Assembly (NCBI GenBank): GCA_002269645.1
Contig: NIVC01000493.1
Coordinates: 248,001 to 312,000 of the forward strand
Reading direction: 5' to 3'
DNA: 64,000 nucleotides
Source: Macrostomum lignano
Taxonomy: Eukaryota
Shown: positions 36,968-51,959 of the stretch, in pieces
How positions within the stretch are numbered: the stretch's first letter is position 1
Layout: every line of letters starts with the position of its first letter
Made by a program: the position numbers and the translations under genes
Notes under the pieces: generated by a model
Seen by the model: only the letters and a program-made list of their open reading frames with translations
The model's database searches: none
Told to the model about the DNA's origin: nothing

Positions 36968-37255
36968 CAGGAAGGGCCAGTGGTATTCGTGGTGCCGGCC
37001 CTGCACCACAGAGATGACGTCAAACGCAGCATAGCCGTTGATCAGCAGGCAGTAGGTGACCTGGGCCACCTGCATCAGAATGAGCCCAACGTCGAAGGTC
37101 TCTCGGCCGCGTTGGTACTTCTTGACCAGCAGGTTCAGAGTCAGGCAGCTGAATGACAGGCCAATCTCGGCAACCGGAAACGTCAGCACTCGGAGACTGA
37201 TGTACATCAGGCTGGGTCCGGCCAGTTCCGAGTCGTTACTATGGGACTCATTCAT
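36968..37255 (-). CDS. Orphan class A GPCR, coding exon 1 (N-terminus, TM1-TM2)
   Basis: ATG at 37255; MNESHSNDS carries two N-glycosylation sequons; hydrophobic TM1 and TM2; donor CTG|GTGAGC in phase 0 matches exon 2. Spliced product is 395 aa. Confidence 0.8.
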
Positions 37256-38439
37256 TGCGGCTGGCAGAGTGAGACTAGGCAGAGCTGGCAGAGAGAGAGG
37301 GGGATGCACTTTAGTGAACTCAAAAGCAGCAGCTGGCCGGTTCGGTTGCCAACCCAACAGCTGCCGTGTGTAAAAAATCGAGCGTTGTGACCTCAAGCCC
37401 TCTTATGACTGGCTGCCTCGGTTCCTATTGGCTGCCGCTGTTGGTTCTGACAAGGAAATCTGGATCTTTAGTAGGTGAAATATCAACTCTTGAGAGGGCC
37501 CGGACCTCCTTGTACAATACATGTAGGCTGTCTTATAAGGCTGGCGCGAGGGAATGGGCACCCCCGGCCCTGCTGCTCCCTGCCATGTGCGGCCCGGTCC
37601 GCGAAGCCTCTCTATCCGGCCTTCGGGTCCTTTGAAACTTTGAAACCTCTCCCCTCTACTCGCCTCTCCTCTCTCCTGTCATCTCTCGCCGCTCCTCTTT
37701 TCTCATCTCCTCGCCTTTCTTTCTAGTATCCTCTTCCATCATCTCTTCTTTCATCTGTCTTCTTATCTTCTCTCATCGTATCATCATCTCTATTCTCTTA
37801 TCTCATCTAATTTCTCATCGCATCTCTCATCTTGCCTTTCACCTCTCATCTCCTCTTTCTTCTTTTCTCTCCCCCATTCCCTCTCCCTCTCATCTCTCAT
37901 CTGGCCCGCAAGAATTATCTAAAGAAAAGAGAGAAAATGGGGGATCTATAAAAATTAAATAATATTAAACCATGTCTATCATGATACGAAACAAACCCTC
38001 GAGGGTACAAAATGTACGTCGAAGAAGTTCCAGTTAGTCATCATTCTCGAGTCCGAAGCTGGCCTTGTGCATACAAACAGACGGGTACGGCTGCACAAGG
38101 CGTCATAACTCTGTCATAACGGCACACTGGCGCAAGAGCGCACTAGCAACTATAGCAGTGGCACACGCTAGTCGTAGATCTCAGTGGCTCTGGTCTGGTT
38201 TTATGCCGGGGAGCAAATTCCCATGCAACAACCGAACGAACGAAGTAGAAAAAGTGCTTGAAACAGCTTTGCTCTGCTACGGTGGAACCACGCCAACTCA
38301 CTCTCTAGTGTGTCTTAAAACGTAATTTTCTTTGACATGTAGCGGTCTTTGATTCAACCATTAGCATTGGTCCTTTGAACATTATGAGCCTAACATGTAT
38401 ATTCATGGACCTCTGTATGCAGGACCTGGGCTGACAGCA

Positions 38440-38755
38440 GGGGGAGAGCAGCTCAGCGGTAAGCGGGTCTGACTCTCGCGCCACGACCCGTGGTTCGATT
38501 CCGTGCGAAAACACTTTCATTTACTGCAGGCTTGTGTGCGCCGAAATTGGCCAAGGATGTTGTTGCACTATTCACAGCCATGAGGGCCAACCCCCCAGGC
38601 ACAGAGACTGTACATGCCTGGCGGGCCGCTGTACACCCTGTGTGAGCGTGTGCACGAGGTCAGGAGTCAGCGGAATGGGCAGAATTGCCGTCAGCGCCGG
38701 CTGTGGGACAATGTCGCCGAAGGCGTTGCACCAGGGTGCCCGCTGCCCTCCCGCA
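38440..38755 (+). mobile_element. tRNA-derived SINE
   Basis: A box-like AGCTCAGCGG (38450-38459) and B box GGTTCGATTCC (38492-38502). Head, body and 3' ~65 bp align with the copy at 33757-34545. Confidence 0.78.
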
Positions 38756-39491
38756 AATCTTGGTAACCTCTGGACAGTGTAAGGTTCTCGGATTAGATTT
38801 GGTCCTATTTCCAATCCAGGTGTCTAACAGTCCCTGGCACACGATTCTCAAAAGCTTCTCAAAGTCTTGGGCTTTATTAATGAAACACCGAGTCCAAATG
38901 CCCATTTTCCTACATACAAGCCCAGCGTTGCGTGAAGACGCTAGAAGCCATTAGACAGGCAAATGCTGGCCAAAACGATACAAAAAAGTCAGCTGTCATC
39001 TTTTCTGTCCACCCGTTCCATAATGCGCTGTCAGCTGGCGAAAGGAGAAATGGAGGGGGGGAGGCAGAACAAAAATGGAATAGCAAATCTGGGCAGGCAA
39101 CTGGTGGCCAGGTGGCACAACAAGATGTTCCATTTGACAATTCCCTGACACAACAACCAGAGGTCACCGGCACAGTGGACTCTCGGCTGAGCCAGCTTGC
39201 GGCTACAAAATTGCAGAAAATTCCTGCTGTGGCTCAAGGGGGTTTGCTGAGTAAAGAGTACTCCATGGGTTTTTGGCATGCTAACCCCATTATGCACTGC
39301 CGCACCACTGACCTCTGGAAGGCCTGCTCAGTCAAGGAGTAGAGAAAGTTCAAATCCGAATATTTGCACTGTACTGCTGCTGGGTCCAGCGAGTAATTTG
39401 ATCTACTTTCAGCCTTCTGTGTGTATTTGTGTTTGCTGTGCCCATCTTCATGACTGCTGCAGCCGTGCCTTGCGGGCCTTCACAGTCTCTG

Positions 39492-41526
<2,035 letters not shown>

Positions 41527-41911
41527 GAATTATAGCGCAGAGCCAAGAATAAATGATGCATCAATGACAGGCTTGTGTTCTCTTTCGCATAATCTAATTT
41601 TATAATTTCCGCTTCAGTTCTGCAATAGTTTGCGCATAAGTAATATACTTGGAGCAGTCTATTTTAATGCATGGTATAAATAGTTGGTTATGGTTTTTGA
41701 ATTTTATTGAATATAATAAATATTTACAGCCAGATTCTTAAAAAACTCTCTCCTCATTTCATTTATGCCTCCGAAACACGTTTTTGATTTTAAAGACAGA
41801 TATTGATTGCGAGGCATTCCTATCCAGCCTACTGATACTTATCAGTAGTGTCGCAAGGAAATTTCGCCTGCTCAAATATTTTATTATTATCCGAACTGAA
41901 AATTTACATGA

Positions 41912-42907
41912 AGTGCTTCATGAGCCACAGGAAGAGCCGCTATTATCTAAGCTACAGTGTGCTTCATGAGCCACAGGAAGAGCCGCTATTATCCAAGCTA
42001 CAGTGTGCTTCATGAGCCACAGGAAGAGCCGCTATTATCTAAGCTACAGTGTGCTTCATGAGCCACAGGAAGAGCCGCTATTATCTAAGCTACAGTGTGC
42101 ATCATGAGCCACAGGAAGAGCCGCTATTATCTAAGCTACAGTGTGCATCATGAGCCACAGGTAGAGCCGCTATTATCTAAGCTACAGTGTGCTTCATGAG
42201 CCACAGGAAGAGCCGCTATTATCTAAGCTACAGTGTGCTTCATGAGCCACAGGAAGAGCCGCTATTATCTAAGCTACAGTGTGCTTCATGAGCCACAGGT
42301 AGAGCCGCTATTATCTAAGCTACAGTGTGCTTCATGAGCCACAGGTAGAGCCGCTATTATCTAAGCTACAGTGTGCATCATGAGCCACAGGTAGAGCCGC
42401 TATTATCTAAGCTACAGTGTGCATCATGAGCCACAGGTAGAGCCGCTATTATCTAAGCTACAGTGTGCATCATGAGCCACAGGTAGAGCCGCTATTATCT
42501 AAGCTACAGTGTGCATCATGAGCCACAGGTAGAGCCGCTATTATCTAAGCTACAGTGTGCATCATGAGCCACAGGTAGAGCCGCTATTATCTAAGCTACA
42601 GTGTGCATCATGAGCCACAGGTAGAGCCGCTATTATCTAAGCTACAGTGTGCATCATGAGCCACAGGTAGAGCCGCTATTATCTAAGCTACAGTGTGCAT
42701 CATGAGCCACAGGTAGAGCCGCTATTATCTAAGCTACAGTGTGCATCATGAGCCACAGGTAGAGCCGCTATTATCTAAGCTACAGTGTGCATCATGAGCC
42801 ACAGGTAGAGCCGCTATTATCTAAGCTACAGTGTGCATCATGAGCCACAGGTAGAGCCGCTAATATCTAAGCTACAGTGTGCATCATGAGCCACAGGTAG
42901 AGCCGGC
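41912..42907. repeat. 46-bp minisatellite (CATGAGCCACAGGTAGAGCCGCTATTATCTAAGCTACAGTGTGCAT)n, about 21 units
   Basis: Direct reading. Confidence 0.95.
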
Positions 42908-43142
42908 AGTCATGGTAGAAGCGGTTAACTGTTTGGCGCAAGCCAGACCGCCCGCTGAGCCGATCGAATCGCCGGCACTCGGGTCTTCGCCGCATCCTCA
43001 GGTAGAAGCGGACTCTCCGATGCCACAGCTCGCGCAGGCGGTGGCCGAGCTGTCCCGGAGCTGCCGCCGACTCGATTGGGGCCGAACTGGCCGCGAAGAT
43101 CGAAATGACAAGCGCTGCTGGGGTGGTGAATGGGCGAGTGAG
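42867..43142 (-). CDS. Candidate terminal exon of an unidentified small, possibly secreted protein
   Basis: Acceptor TTTCTGCAG after a long pyrimidine tract; GC3-rich frame [50 protein letters not shown]; minus-strand AATAAA at 41885-41880. No family recognised; reading phase assumed. Confidence 0.35.
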   Translation of the reverse strand, partial: LTRPFTTPAALVISIFAASSAPIESAAAPGQLGHRLRELWHRRVRFYLRMRRRPECRRFDRLSGRSGLRQTVNRFYHDCRLYLWLMMHTVA

Positions 43143-43171
43143 CTGCAGAAATTATTGGCTAAAATTAGGGC

Positions 43172-44085
43172 GAGAGAGAGAGAGAGGGAGACAGGGAGAG
43201 AGGGAGAGAGGGAGAGAGGGAGAGAGGGAGAGAGGGGAGAGAGGCAAAGAGGGAGAGAGGGAAAGAGGGGAGAGAGGCAAAGAGGGAGAGAGGGAAAGAG
43301 GGGAGAGAGGCAAAGAGGGAGAGAGGGAAAGAGGGGAGAGAGGCAAAGAGAGAGAGAGAGGGGAGAGAGGCAAAGAGGGAGAGAGGGAAAGAGGGGAGAG
43401 AGGCAAAGAGAGAGAGAGAGAGGGGAGAGAGGCAAAGAGAGAGAGAGAGAGGGGAGAGAGGCAAAGAGGGAGAGAGGGAGAGAGGGAGAGAGGGGAGAGA
43501 CGGAGAGAGGGAGAGAGGCAAAGAGGGAGAGAGGGAGAGAGGGGAGAGAGGGAGAGATGGAGAGAGGGAGAGATGGAGAGAGGGAGAGATGGAGAGAGGG
43601 AGAGATGGAGAGAGGGAGAGAGGGAGAGAGGCAAAGAGGGAGAGAGGGAGAGAGGGAGAGAGGGAGAGAGGGAGAGAGGGAGAGAGGGAGAGAGGGGAGA
43701 GAGGCAAAGAGGGAGAGAGGGAAAGAGGGGAGAGAGGCAAAGAGGGAGAGAGGGAAAGAGGGGAGAGAGGCAAAGAGGGAGAGAGGGAAAGAGGGGAGAG
43801 AGGCAAAGAGAGAGAGAGAGGGGAGAGAGGCAAAGAGGGAGAGAGGGAAAGAGGGGAGAGAGGCAAAGAGAGAGAGAGAGGGGAGAGAGGCAAAGAGGGA
43901 GAGAGGGAGAGAGGGAGAGAGGGGAGAGACGGAGAGAGGGAGAGAGGCAAAGAGGGAGAGAGGGAGAGAGGGGAGAGAGGAGAGATGGAGAGAGGGAGAG
44001 ATGGAGAGAGGGAGAGATGGAGAGAGGGAGAGATGGAGAGAGGGAGAGAGGGAGAGGCAAAGAGGGAGAGAGGGAGAGAGGGAGA
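43172..44085. repeat. GA-rich degenerate satellite (GAGAGGCAAAGAGGGAGAGAGG..)
   Basis: Direct reading. Confidence 0.93.
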
Positions 44086-44489
44086 AGGGGCTCAAGTGGA
44101 ACGAGCAGGCAGGAGACAGGAGGTCGTGCTGCTCAAACAGCACACAGAGGCGGGGGACCAATATGAGTCAGAACTGACACACAGAAGCTGAAAGAATGCG
44201 CTAGGCGGCTCCTGGAGCAGACTGAACTACAGAGAGATTTAGCATAATCCCGACTACACCAAACAGTCAGCTTAATCTCTGAAATCTTTTATGCTCTGGC
44301 ATGCCCCCAGCAGATAAAAACCCCAGGAGCCGATCGCCCACAAAGCAAACACTCGTATTTGAGAAGCTGAGGCGCGCCGCGCCACTTTGCCCTCCCCGAT
44401 TCATCAGAATTATGGTCTGATCAGCTGACTGGCAATGATCGGCTCTAGTTTATTGACCATGCCAGATTCTGAATCAGTGTATTCTGCTG

Positions 44490-44840
44490 CTGAACAGCAG
44501 CCTCATCAATCTGAACTACAGCTGAACAGCAGCCTCATCAACCTGAACTACAGCTGAACAGCAGCCTCATCAATCTGAACTACAGCTGAACAGCAGCCTC
44601 ATCAATCTGAACTACAGCTGAACAGCAGCCTCATCAACCTGAACTACAGCTGAACAGCAGCCTCATCAATCTGAACTACAGCTGAACAGCAGCCTCATCA
44701 ATCTGAACTACAGCTGAACAGCAGCCTCATCAATCTGAACTGCAGCTGAACAGCAGCCTCATCAACCTGAACTACAGCCTCATCAATCTGAAATACAGCT
44801 GAACAGCAGCCTCATCAGCCTGAACTACAGCCTCATCAAC
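44490..44840. repeat. 32-bp minisatellite (GCTGAACAGCAGCCTCATCAATCTGAACTACA)n
   Basis: Direct reading. Confidence 0.93.
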
Positions 44841-45319
44841 CTGATCAATCTTATCAATGGCAAATTGCAGTAACGAGAGCTGTCTCACCTGATGCGGCAG
44901 TCAAAAATGTCAGATACATTGCATATAAACAATTCAGATTCAGCAATGCAATCAAAATTAAAGCACTGTGCAAGTGTGTTCAGTGCTAAGAGCGAAATAA
45001 ATGAATTCGTTCAACAAAATTATCAAATTCAGCTGCCACTAAATAACTCCCATGGGCAATATTTGGGAACTTAAGAAAATCGTGCAAAGTTTCAACCATT
45101 TAATCGATTTTCAAGCTAAAAGTAGTGGGAAAACAAAAATAACGTTTCGGAATCACGTTTCATAGGAGTTAGTTGGGTTAAAATAATACCTTTATCTGAG
45201 CAGATGAGCTTTTTTAGCTACCCCCGTAGACTTGCAGGTGGCCCAACTCATTCCATTTCGTTCAGAGAAGCTTTTAGAGTTGGATGCCGTTTTATGATTG
45301 CTTTCTGTCTCCATTACTA

Positions 45320-46800
45320 TCCTTATCTCCTCATCCCCTTCTCCCTCCTCTCCCCTTCTTTCCCCTTCTCCCTCCTCTCCCCTTCTCCCTTCTCTCCCCT
45401 TCTTTCCCCTTCTCCCTCCTCTCCCCTTCTCCCTTCTCTCCCCTTCTCCCTCCTCTCCCCTTCTTTCCCCTTCTCCCTCCTCTCCCCTTCTCCCTTCTCT
45501 CCCCTTCTCCCTTCTCTCCCCTTCTCCCTCCTCTCCCCTTCTCCCTTCTCTCCCCTTCTCCCTCCTCTCCCCTTCTCCTTCCTCTCCCCTTCTCTCCCCT
45601 TCTCCCTCCTCTCCCCTTCTCCCTTCTCTCCCCTTCTCCCTCCTCTCCCCTTCTCCTTCCTCTCCCCTCCTCTCCCCTTCTCCCTCCTCTCCCCTTCCCC
45701 CTCCTCTCCCCTTCTCCCTCCTCTCCCCTTCTCCCTCCTCTCCCCTTCTCCCTCCTCTCTCCTTCTCCCTCCTCTCCCCCTCTCCCTCCTCTCCCTCCTC
45801 TCCCCTTCTTTCCCCTTCTCCCTCCTCTCCCCTTCTCCCTTCTCTCCCCTTCTCTCTTCTCTCCCCTTCTCCCTCCTCTCCCCTTCTCCCTCCTCTCCCC
45901 TTCTCCCTCCTCTCTCCTTCTCCCTCCTCTCCCCTTCTCCTCCTCTCCCCTTCTCCCTCCTCTCCCTCCTCTCCCCTTCTCCTCCTCTCCCCTTCTCCCT
46001 TCTCTCCCCTTCTCCCTCCTCTCCCCTTCTCCCTTCTCTCCCCTTCTCCCTTCTCTCCCCTTCTCCTCCTCTCCCCTTCTCCCTTCTCTCCCCTTCTCCC
46101 TCCTCTCCCTCCTCTCCCCTTCTCCTCCTCTCCCCTTCTCCCTTCTCTCCCCTTCTTCCTCCTCTCCCCTTCTCCCTTCTCTCCCCTTCTCCCTTCTCTC
46201 CCCTTCTCCTCCTCTCCCCTTCTCCCTTCTCTCCCCTTCTCCCTCCTCTCCCCTTCTCCTCCTCTCCCCTTCTCCCTCCTCTCCCCTTCTTTCCCCTTCT
46301 CCCTTCTCTCCCCTTCTCCCTTCTCTCCCCTTCTCCCTTCTCTCCCCTTCTCCCTTCTCTCCCCTTCTCCCTTCTCTCCCCTTCTCCCTCCTCTCCCCTT
46401 CTCCTCCTCTCCCCTTCTCCCTCCTCTCCCCTTCTCCCTTCTCTCCCCTTCTCCCTTCTCTCCCCTTCTCCCTTCTCTCCCCTTCTCCCTCCTCTCCCCT
46501 TCTCCATCCTCTCCCCTTCTCCCTTCTCTCCCCTTCTCCCTCCTCTCCCCTTCTCCCTCCTCTCCCCTTCTCCCTCCTCTCCCCTTCTCCCTCCTCTCTC
46601 CTTCTCCCTTCTCTCCCCCTCTCTCTCCTTCTCCCTCCTCTCCCCTTCTCCCCGTCTCTCCCTTCTCTCCCCTTCCCTTTCACTCCCCTTCTCTCCCCCT
46701 TTCTCCTCTTCTCTCCCCTTCTCTCCCCTTCTCTCCCCTTCTCTCCTCTTCTCTCCCCTTCTCTCCTATTCTCTCCTCTCCCCTTCTCTCCCGTTTCCTT
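45320..46800. repeat. CT-rich satellite (CTCCCCTTCTCCCTCCT..)n
   Basis: Direct reading. Confidence 0.95.
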
Positions 46801-47294
46801 CTCTCCCGTTATAGCACAGGCAATTACATAAAGCGGACAGGACTAGATGGCAACGGGAGCAAAACTGGGAGCAGCGACTATATGGAGCGGACAAAATTAC
46901 ATGGTGATAAAAATTAATAATTTAAAATTCGATCGAAAGATCTCAGCTAAAAAAAAAATTTAAAAAATGTCTAAATTTAAACTAATAAATGAACTTTTTT
47001 GATTGTTTTTAGTACTACTTTTTATACAGCAGGCCTACTAGCTTTGTTAGTAGTAAAGACGTTCAATTTCTTCACTTGACTTTGCTCCCAACTAGGACAG
47101 AATTACCTTGACTTTGCTCCTGATTACAAAGATACACTGTAGAAAGTTAATCCAAGTGCCTGAACTCTGCTCCCCACTACAGACATCTGGAGGCCGGACA
47201 AAATTACCTGAACTCTGCTCCGAAGTACAGAGATCTGTAACTCCATATGCTTAGAGATGCTTAACTACAGAATTACCTGAAACTTGCTCCCCAC

Positions 47295-47800
47295 TCTCCC
47301 CTCCGCTCCCTTCTCTCTTTTTCTCCCAATCTCTCCTTCTCTTCCCTCACTCCCCTTTTCTTCTCTTCTCTCCCCTTCTCTCCTCTTCTCTCCCCTTCTG
47401 CCCCTTCGCTCCCCTTCTCTCCCCTTCTCTTCCCTTCTCTCCCCTTCTCCCCTTCTCTCCCCTTCTCTCCCCTTCTCCCAGTATCTCCCCTTCACTCCCC
47501 TTCACTCCCCTTCACTCCCCTTCACTCCCCTTCACTCCCCTTCACTCCCCTTCACTCCCCTTCACTCCCTTTCACTCTCCTTCGCTTCTCTCCCCGTCAC
47601 TTTCCTTCTCCCCGTCTCTCCCCTTCACTCCCCTTCCCTCCTCTTCTCTCCCATTCTCTACCCTTCCCTTCTCCCCGCTTCACAGCTTATTCGCTTCCTC
47701 TCCCCCTCCCTTCCAACTCTTTTCTTTCTCCACCGTCTCCTCCCTCATCCCTCATCTTCCTCCTTCGCTCCCCATTCCTCTTTCCCCAGCTGCTCAAAGT
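47295..47800. repeat. CT-rich low-complexity tract including (TTCACTCCCC)n
   Basis: Direct reading. Confidence 0.85.
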
Positions 47801-48254
47801 CCCTTCCCATCTTTCCATCATAGTTTTGCAGCTCGAAAAGCCGACAAAGCTACGGATGGGAATTAGGCAGGAAAACTGATCTTACTGTTCTTGGATTCGG
47901 TTTCTTTTTTTAAACAGGACTCAAGGCTACACCGGGCCTCAGAGGCTAGTAAACCAGAGAGAGAAGGGCAAGTCCGGTTCATTGCACATGTGCTGTATAA
48001 ATAATGAGCCACTCACTGCAAGGGATGATTGGGATGCAGAATTGGGAGGGGCAACTCCCTAAAGTTGTTTTTCGACCAGCACTGGGCTCTCGGATTGCGG
48101 ATTTCATTGGGAAAATACAACCCAAGTTTTTATGGCTGGAAAGTGCACAAAACAGTGGTTCTTACAGGAGCTGATTGAGTGAATTTCTGTGCCGGCAGGA
48201 TAGCTTCAAATTTGAGACCGTATTGTGGTAGGGAAACTTTGCGTTAGTAATTTC

Positions 48255-49278
48255 CGTACTCAAAGCTGCCCGTACTCAAAGCTTCCCGTACTCAATGCTG
48301 CCCGTACTCAATGCTGCCCGTACTCAAAGCTACCCGTACTCAATGCTACCCGTACTCAATTCTTCCCAGACTCAAAGCTACCCGTACTCAATTCTTCCCA
48401 GACTCAAAGCTTCCCAGACTCAAAGCTTCCCAGACTCAATTCTTCCCAGACTCAAAGCTTCCCAGACTCAATTCTTCCCAGACTCAAAGCTTCCCAGACT
48501 CAAAGCTTCCCAGACTCAAAGCTTCCCAGACTCAATTCTTCCCAGACTCAATTCTTCCCAGACTCAATTCTTCCCAGACTCAATTCTTCCCAGACTCAAA
48601 GCTTCCCAGACTCAATTCTTCCCAGACTCAAAGCTTCCCAGACTCAATTCTTCCCAGACTCAAAGCTTCCCAGACTCAAAGCTTCCCAGACTCAATTCAT
48701 CCCAGACTCAATTCTTCCCAGACTCAAAGCTACCCGTACTCAATTCTTCCCAGACTCAAAGCTTCCCAGACTCAATTCTTCCCAGACTCAAAGCTTCCCA
48801 GACTCAATTCTTCCCAGACTCAATTCTTCCCAGACTCAAAGTTTCCAGACTCAAAGCTTCCCAGACTCAATTCTTCCCAGACTCAATTCTTCCCAGACTC
48901 AATTCTTCCCAGACTCAATTCTTCCCAGACTCAAAGCTTCCCAGACTCAAAGCTTCCCAGACTCAAAGCTTCCCAGACTCAATTCTTCCCAGACTCAAAG
49001 CTTCCCAGACTCAAAGCTTCCCAGACTCAATTATTCCCAGACTCAAAGCTTCCCAGACTCAATTCTTCCCAGACTCAAAGCTTCCCAGACTCAAAGCTTC
49101 CCAGACTCAATTCTTCCCAGACTCAAAGCTTCCCAGACTCAAAGCTTCCCAGACTCAATTCTTCCCAGACTCAAAGCTTCCCAGACTCAAAGCTTCCCAG
49201 ACTCAAAGCTTCCCAGACTCAATTATTCCCAGACTCAAAGCTTCCCAGACTCAATTCTTCCCAGACTCAAAGCTTCCT
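48255..49278. repeat. 16-bp minisatellite with two main variants (CTCAAAGCTTCCCAGA / CTCAATTCTTCCCAGA)
   Basis: Direct reading; explains the SQTQSFPD ORFs. Confidence 0.95.
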
Positions 49279-50422
49279 ATCAGAGATGATTCTATCATTA
49301 AAGAACTATGACTTATGTAAACACAGAAGTGCAAGTCTCTCATTAATCTCATTCATTTTCAAAAATGTATTAAGGATTACTGACAGCTAATTAGTGTTGC
49401 CACCTGTCGCTAACGACAAGCCAGCTCTCATTTATCTTGTCGACACAAAATACCCCGGCAAATACTCACTGGTGTATTTCAGTGCTGGCTCATATTCATC
49501 AAAGTATTAGCAGGCCTACACCTGCGAGCGGGAGGGAGAGATGAGGCAAGTCGGGGAAAACGGAGGGATGAGATTGGGGAAAAATGGGAGAAAAGCCTGA
49601 GGGCCAGTCAGTATTTGGGGGCAAGGGGATTTTCATTGGATGAATGACTGACTATGAGCGGGGAGCCCAGTGTTTCCCTTCCCACCCAGTGCCTCCTGTC
49701 AGTGAACTATAAACTGCATGCATCCACCAGCTCGCTTCTCTCCTGGCCCTGACAAAAACGTTCTCAAAAATTGACGATTCAATAGCATGTGTGATGTACC
49801 GCCATTCTATGAACTTTAATCGGCGGCTTAAGGTAAGACATCCCTACAAATATGCACAATTAATAGCATTGTCCGCAAGCGGGGAGCAGCCTGTGAAAAT
49901 CTAGCTATTGAAGGCTTCCTTTTAATTGTCTATGGCCCAAGTCCATAGATCTAATATTCCCTTATATATAAGATCTATGCCCAAGTCTACGGTTGCTCCA
50001 AAGACCCCCTTTAAGGCCATAGACAATGAAAAGCAAATCTTCAATGGCTTGAATATCTCATAAAGGATAAAATAGCTAAGCTCCTACGCTGGCTTGGAGA
50101 ATACTACATTATCTTTATTGTCACAAACTCGAAAGCTGTCCTTTCGCGGAGCAAGCGAGGGTCCTTCAACTCAAAAGAGTCACCTAAGGCGCTTCCTTAA
50201 ATGGAATAGAAATTAACCTGCAAAGCAGAACTGCTCGCGTGAAAAACTTTCCATCGGCCCATCGAGTGCACGGGAGCGGAAGAAATTTCTAGAGACTGTT
50301 CACCTGCTTATACCCGATCAGCCTTCTGGCTGCCTCTCAATGGGCGGGGCAGTCAGCCAGTTTTATTGACCAGTTATACGAGCGTACTGGACTCTCTGGG
50401 ACACCGGCTGGCATTTTTGTTT

Positions 50423-50668
<246 letters not shown>

Positions 50669-50932
50669 ACAGACAGGCTGTCTGCAATTAGTTCATATTT
50701 AAATTTTTTACAACTCAAGGAAAAATCTTAGACGTCCCGTCTAGAGGCGGAGACGGCTGGCGGGGAGGGAAGCTCAGAGCCTCAGCCACACTCGGGGTTT
50801 CAGCCAGAAGCGTCAGGGCAACTTGCTGCCAGCAGCCTCGAATTCCCAAAGCTACCCAATTTCCCACACGCATCCTTGTCCTGAGGCAGTTGCGTTCCGT
50901 CTCGGCTGGCCGTTAATTAATGATTATTATAG

Positions 50933-51007
50933 AGTGCAGGGCCCCAGTCCCGGCCACCTCGGACAGCCTCCTCCATCATCTCTCTAGCCGCTTCATCTAA
51001 GCTCAAA
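50933..51007 (+). CDS. Possible upstream anoctamin exon (SAGPQSRPPRTASSIISLAASSKLK)
   Basis: Acceptor TTATAG and donor AAA|GTGAGC, 75 nt, phases 0/0 compatible with the 52375 exon. No homology support. Confidence 0.25.
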
Positions 51008-51020
51008 GTGAGCTTGTGCC

Positions 51021-51376
<356 letters not shown>

Positions 51377-51959
51377 GGCTATTTGCACTTTTAGGTTACA
51401 AAACTCTGGCTCAGCTGCTCAGTGATTCTCAAGATCTCTTCTGTCCAAGAACTCTTTCTTGCAGTGGAAGAGGCTGCATGAAATGCGCTCGTATCGCACC
51501 TGACAGGCTGCAGCCAGATCCAGATACTTCAATTCTCACCCCTCTTCGTCCTCTCGTGCCGACCCAATTTCTCTCCCCTCAGCTTCTCGCAGAATAGCAA
51601 GAGGAAGGGTTGGCAATCATACTTTTCTTTTTCTTTTTTTGCTGCTTGTGCAAAAGCAGCCTTTTGCAGACGCAACACAGGCTGCTTATCTTTCTGTTCT
51701 GCTGATCTAGATGAACTGCGTTTTTTGTGGGGAATTTCTATGGGACTCAACGAGCAGAATATCAATTGTATGTAGATGAGGATTAGATTAGGAACAGCTG
51801 ATTGAAGACTCAGCTTCTCCCAGATTTGTGTTTTCTTCAGGATTATTGAAAACTTTCTAATGATTACCCAGTAATATTTGAGGATTTCCGAGCAGAGTCA
51901 GCTTTCCAGTTTGATAATGAATAAAAATTTTGCGGCCAGAAGAATGAAATTGAAGTGAT

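Noticed and set aside
38660-39342. Overlapping ORFs of 60-136 aa
   Set aside because: Partly SINE-derived; the remainder has no recognisable motif and is interrupted by stops in the best-looking frame.
42879-43170. Plus-strand reading [15 protein letters not shown].. as the coding frame
   Set aside because: The minus strand has the better acceptor, pyrimidine tract, GC3 bias, stop and poly(A) signal; not fully excluded without RNA data.
48225-49390. 340-360-aa SQTQSFPD ORFs as repetitive adhesive or mucin proteins
   Set aside because: A 16-bp unit cycles through all three frames, which is typical of a non-coding minisatellite.
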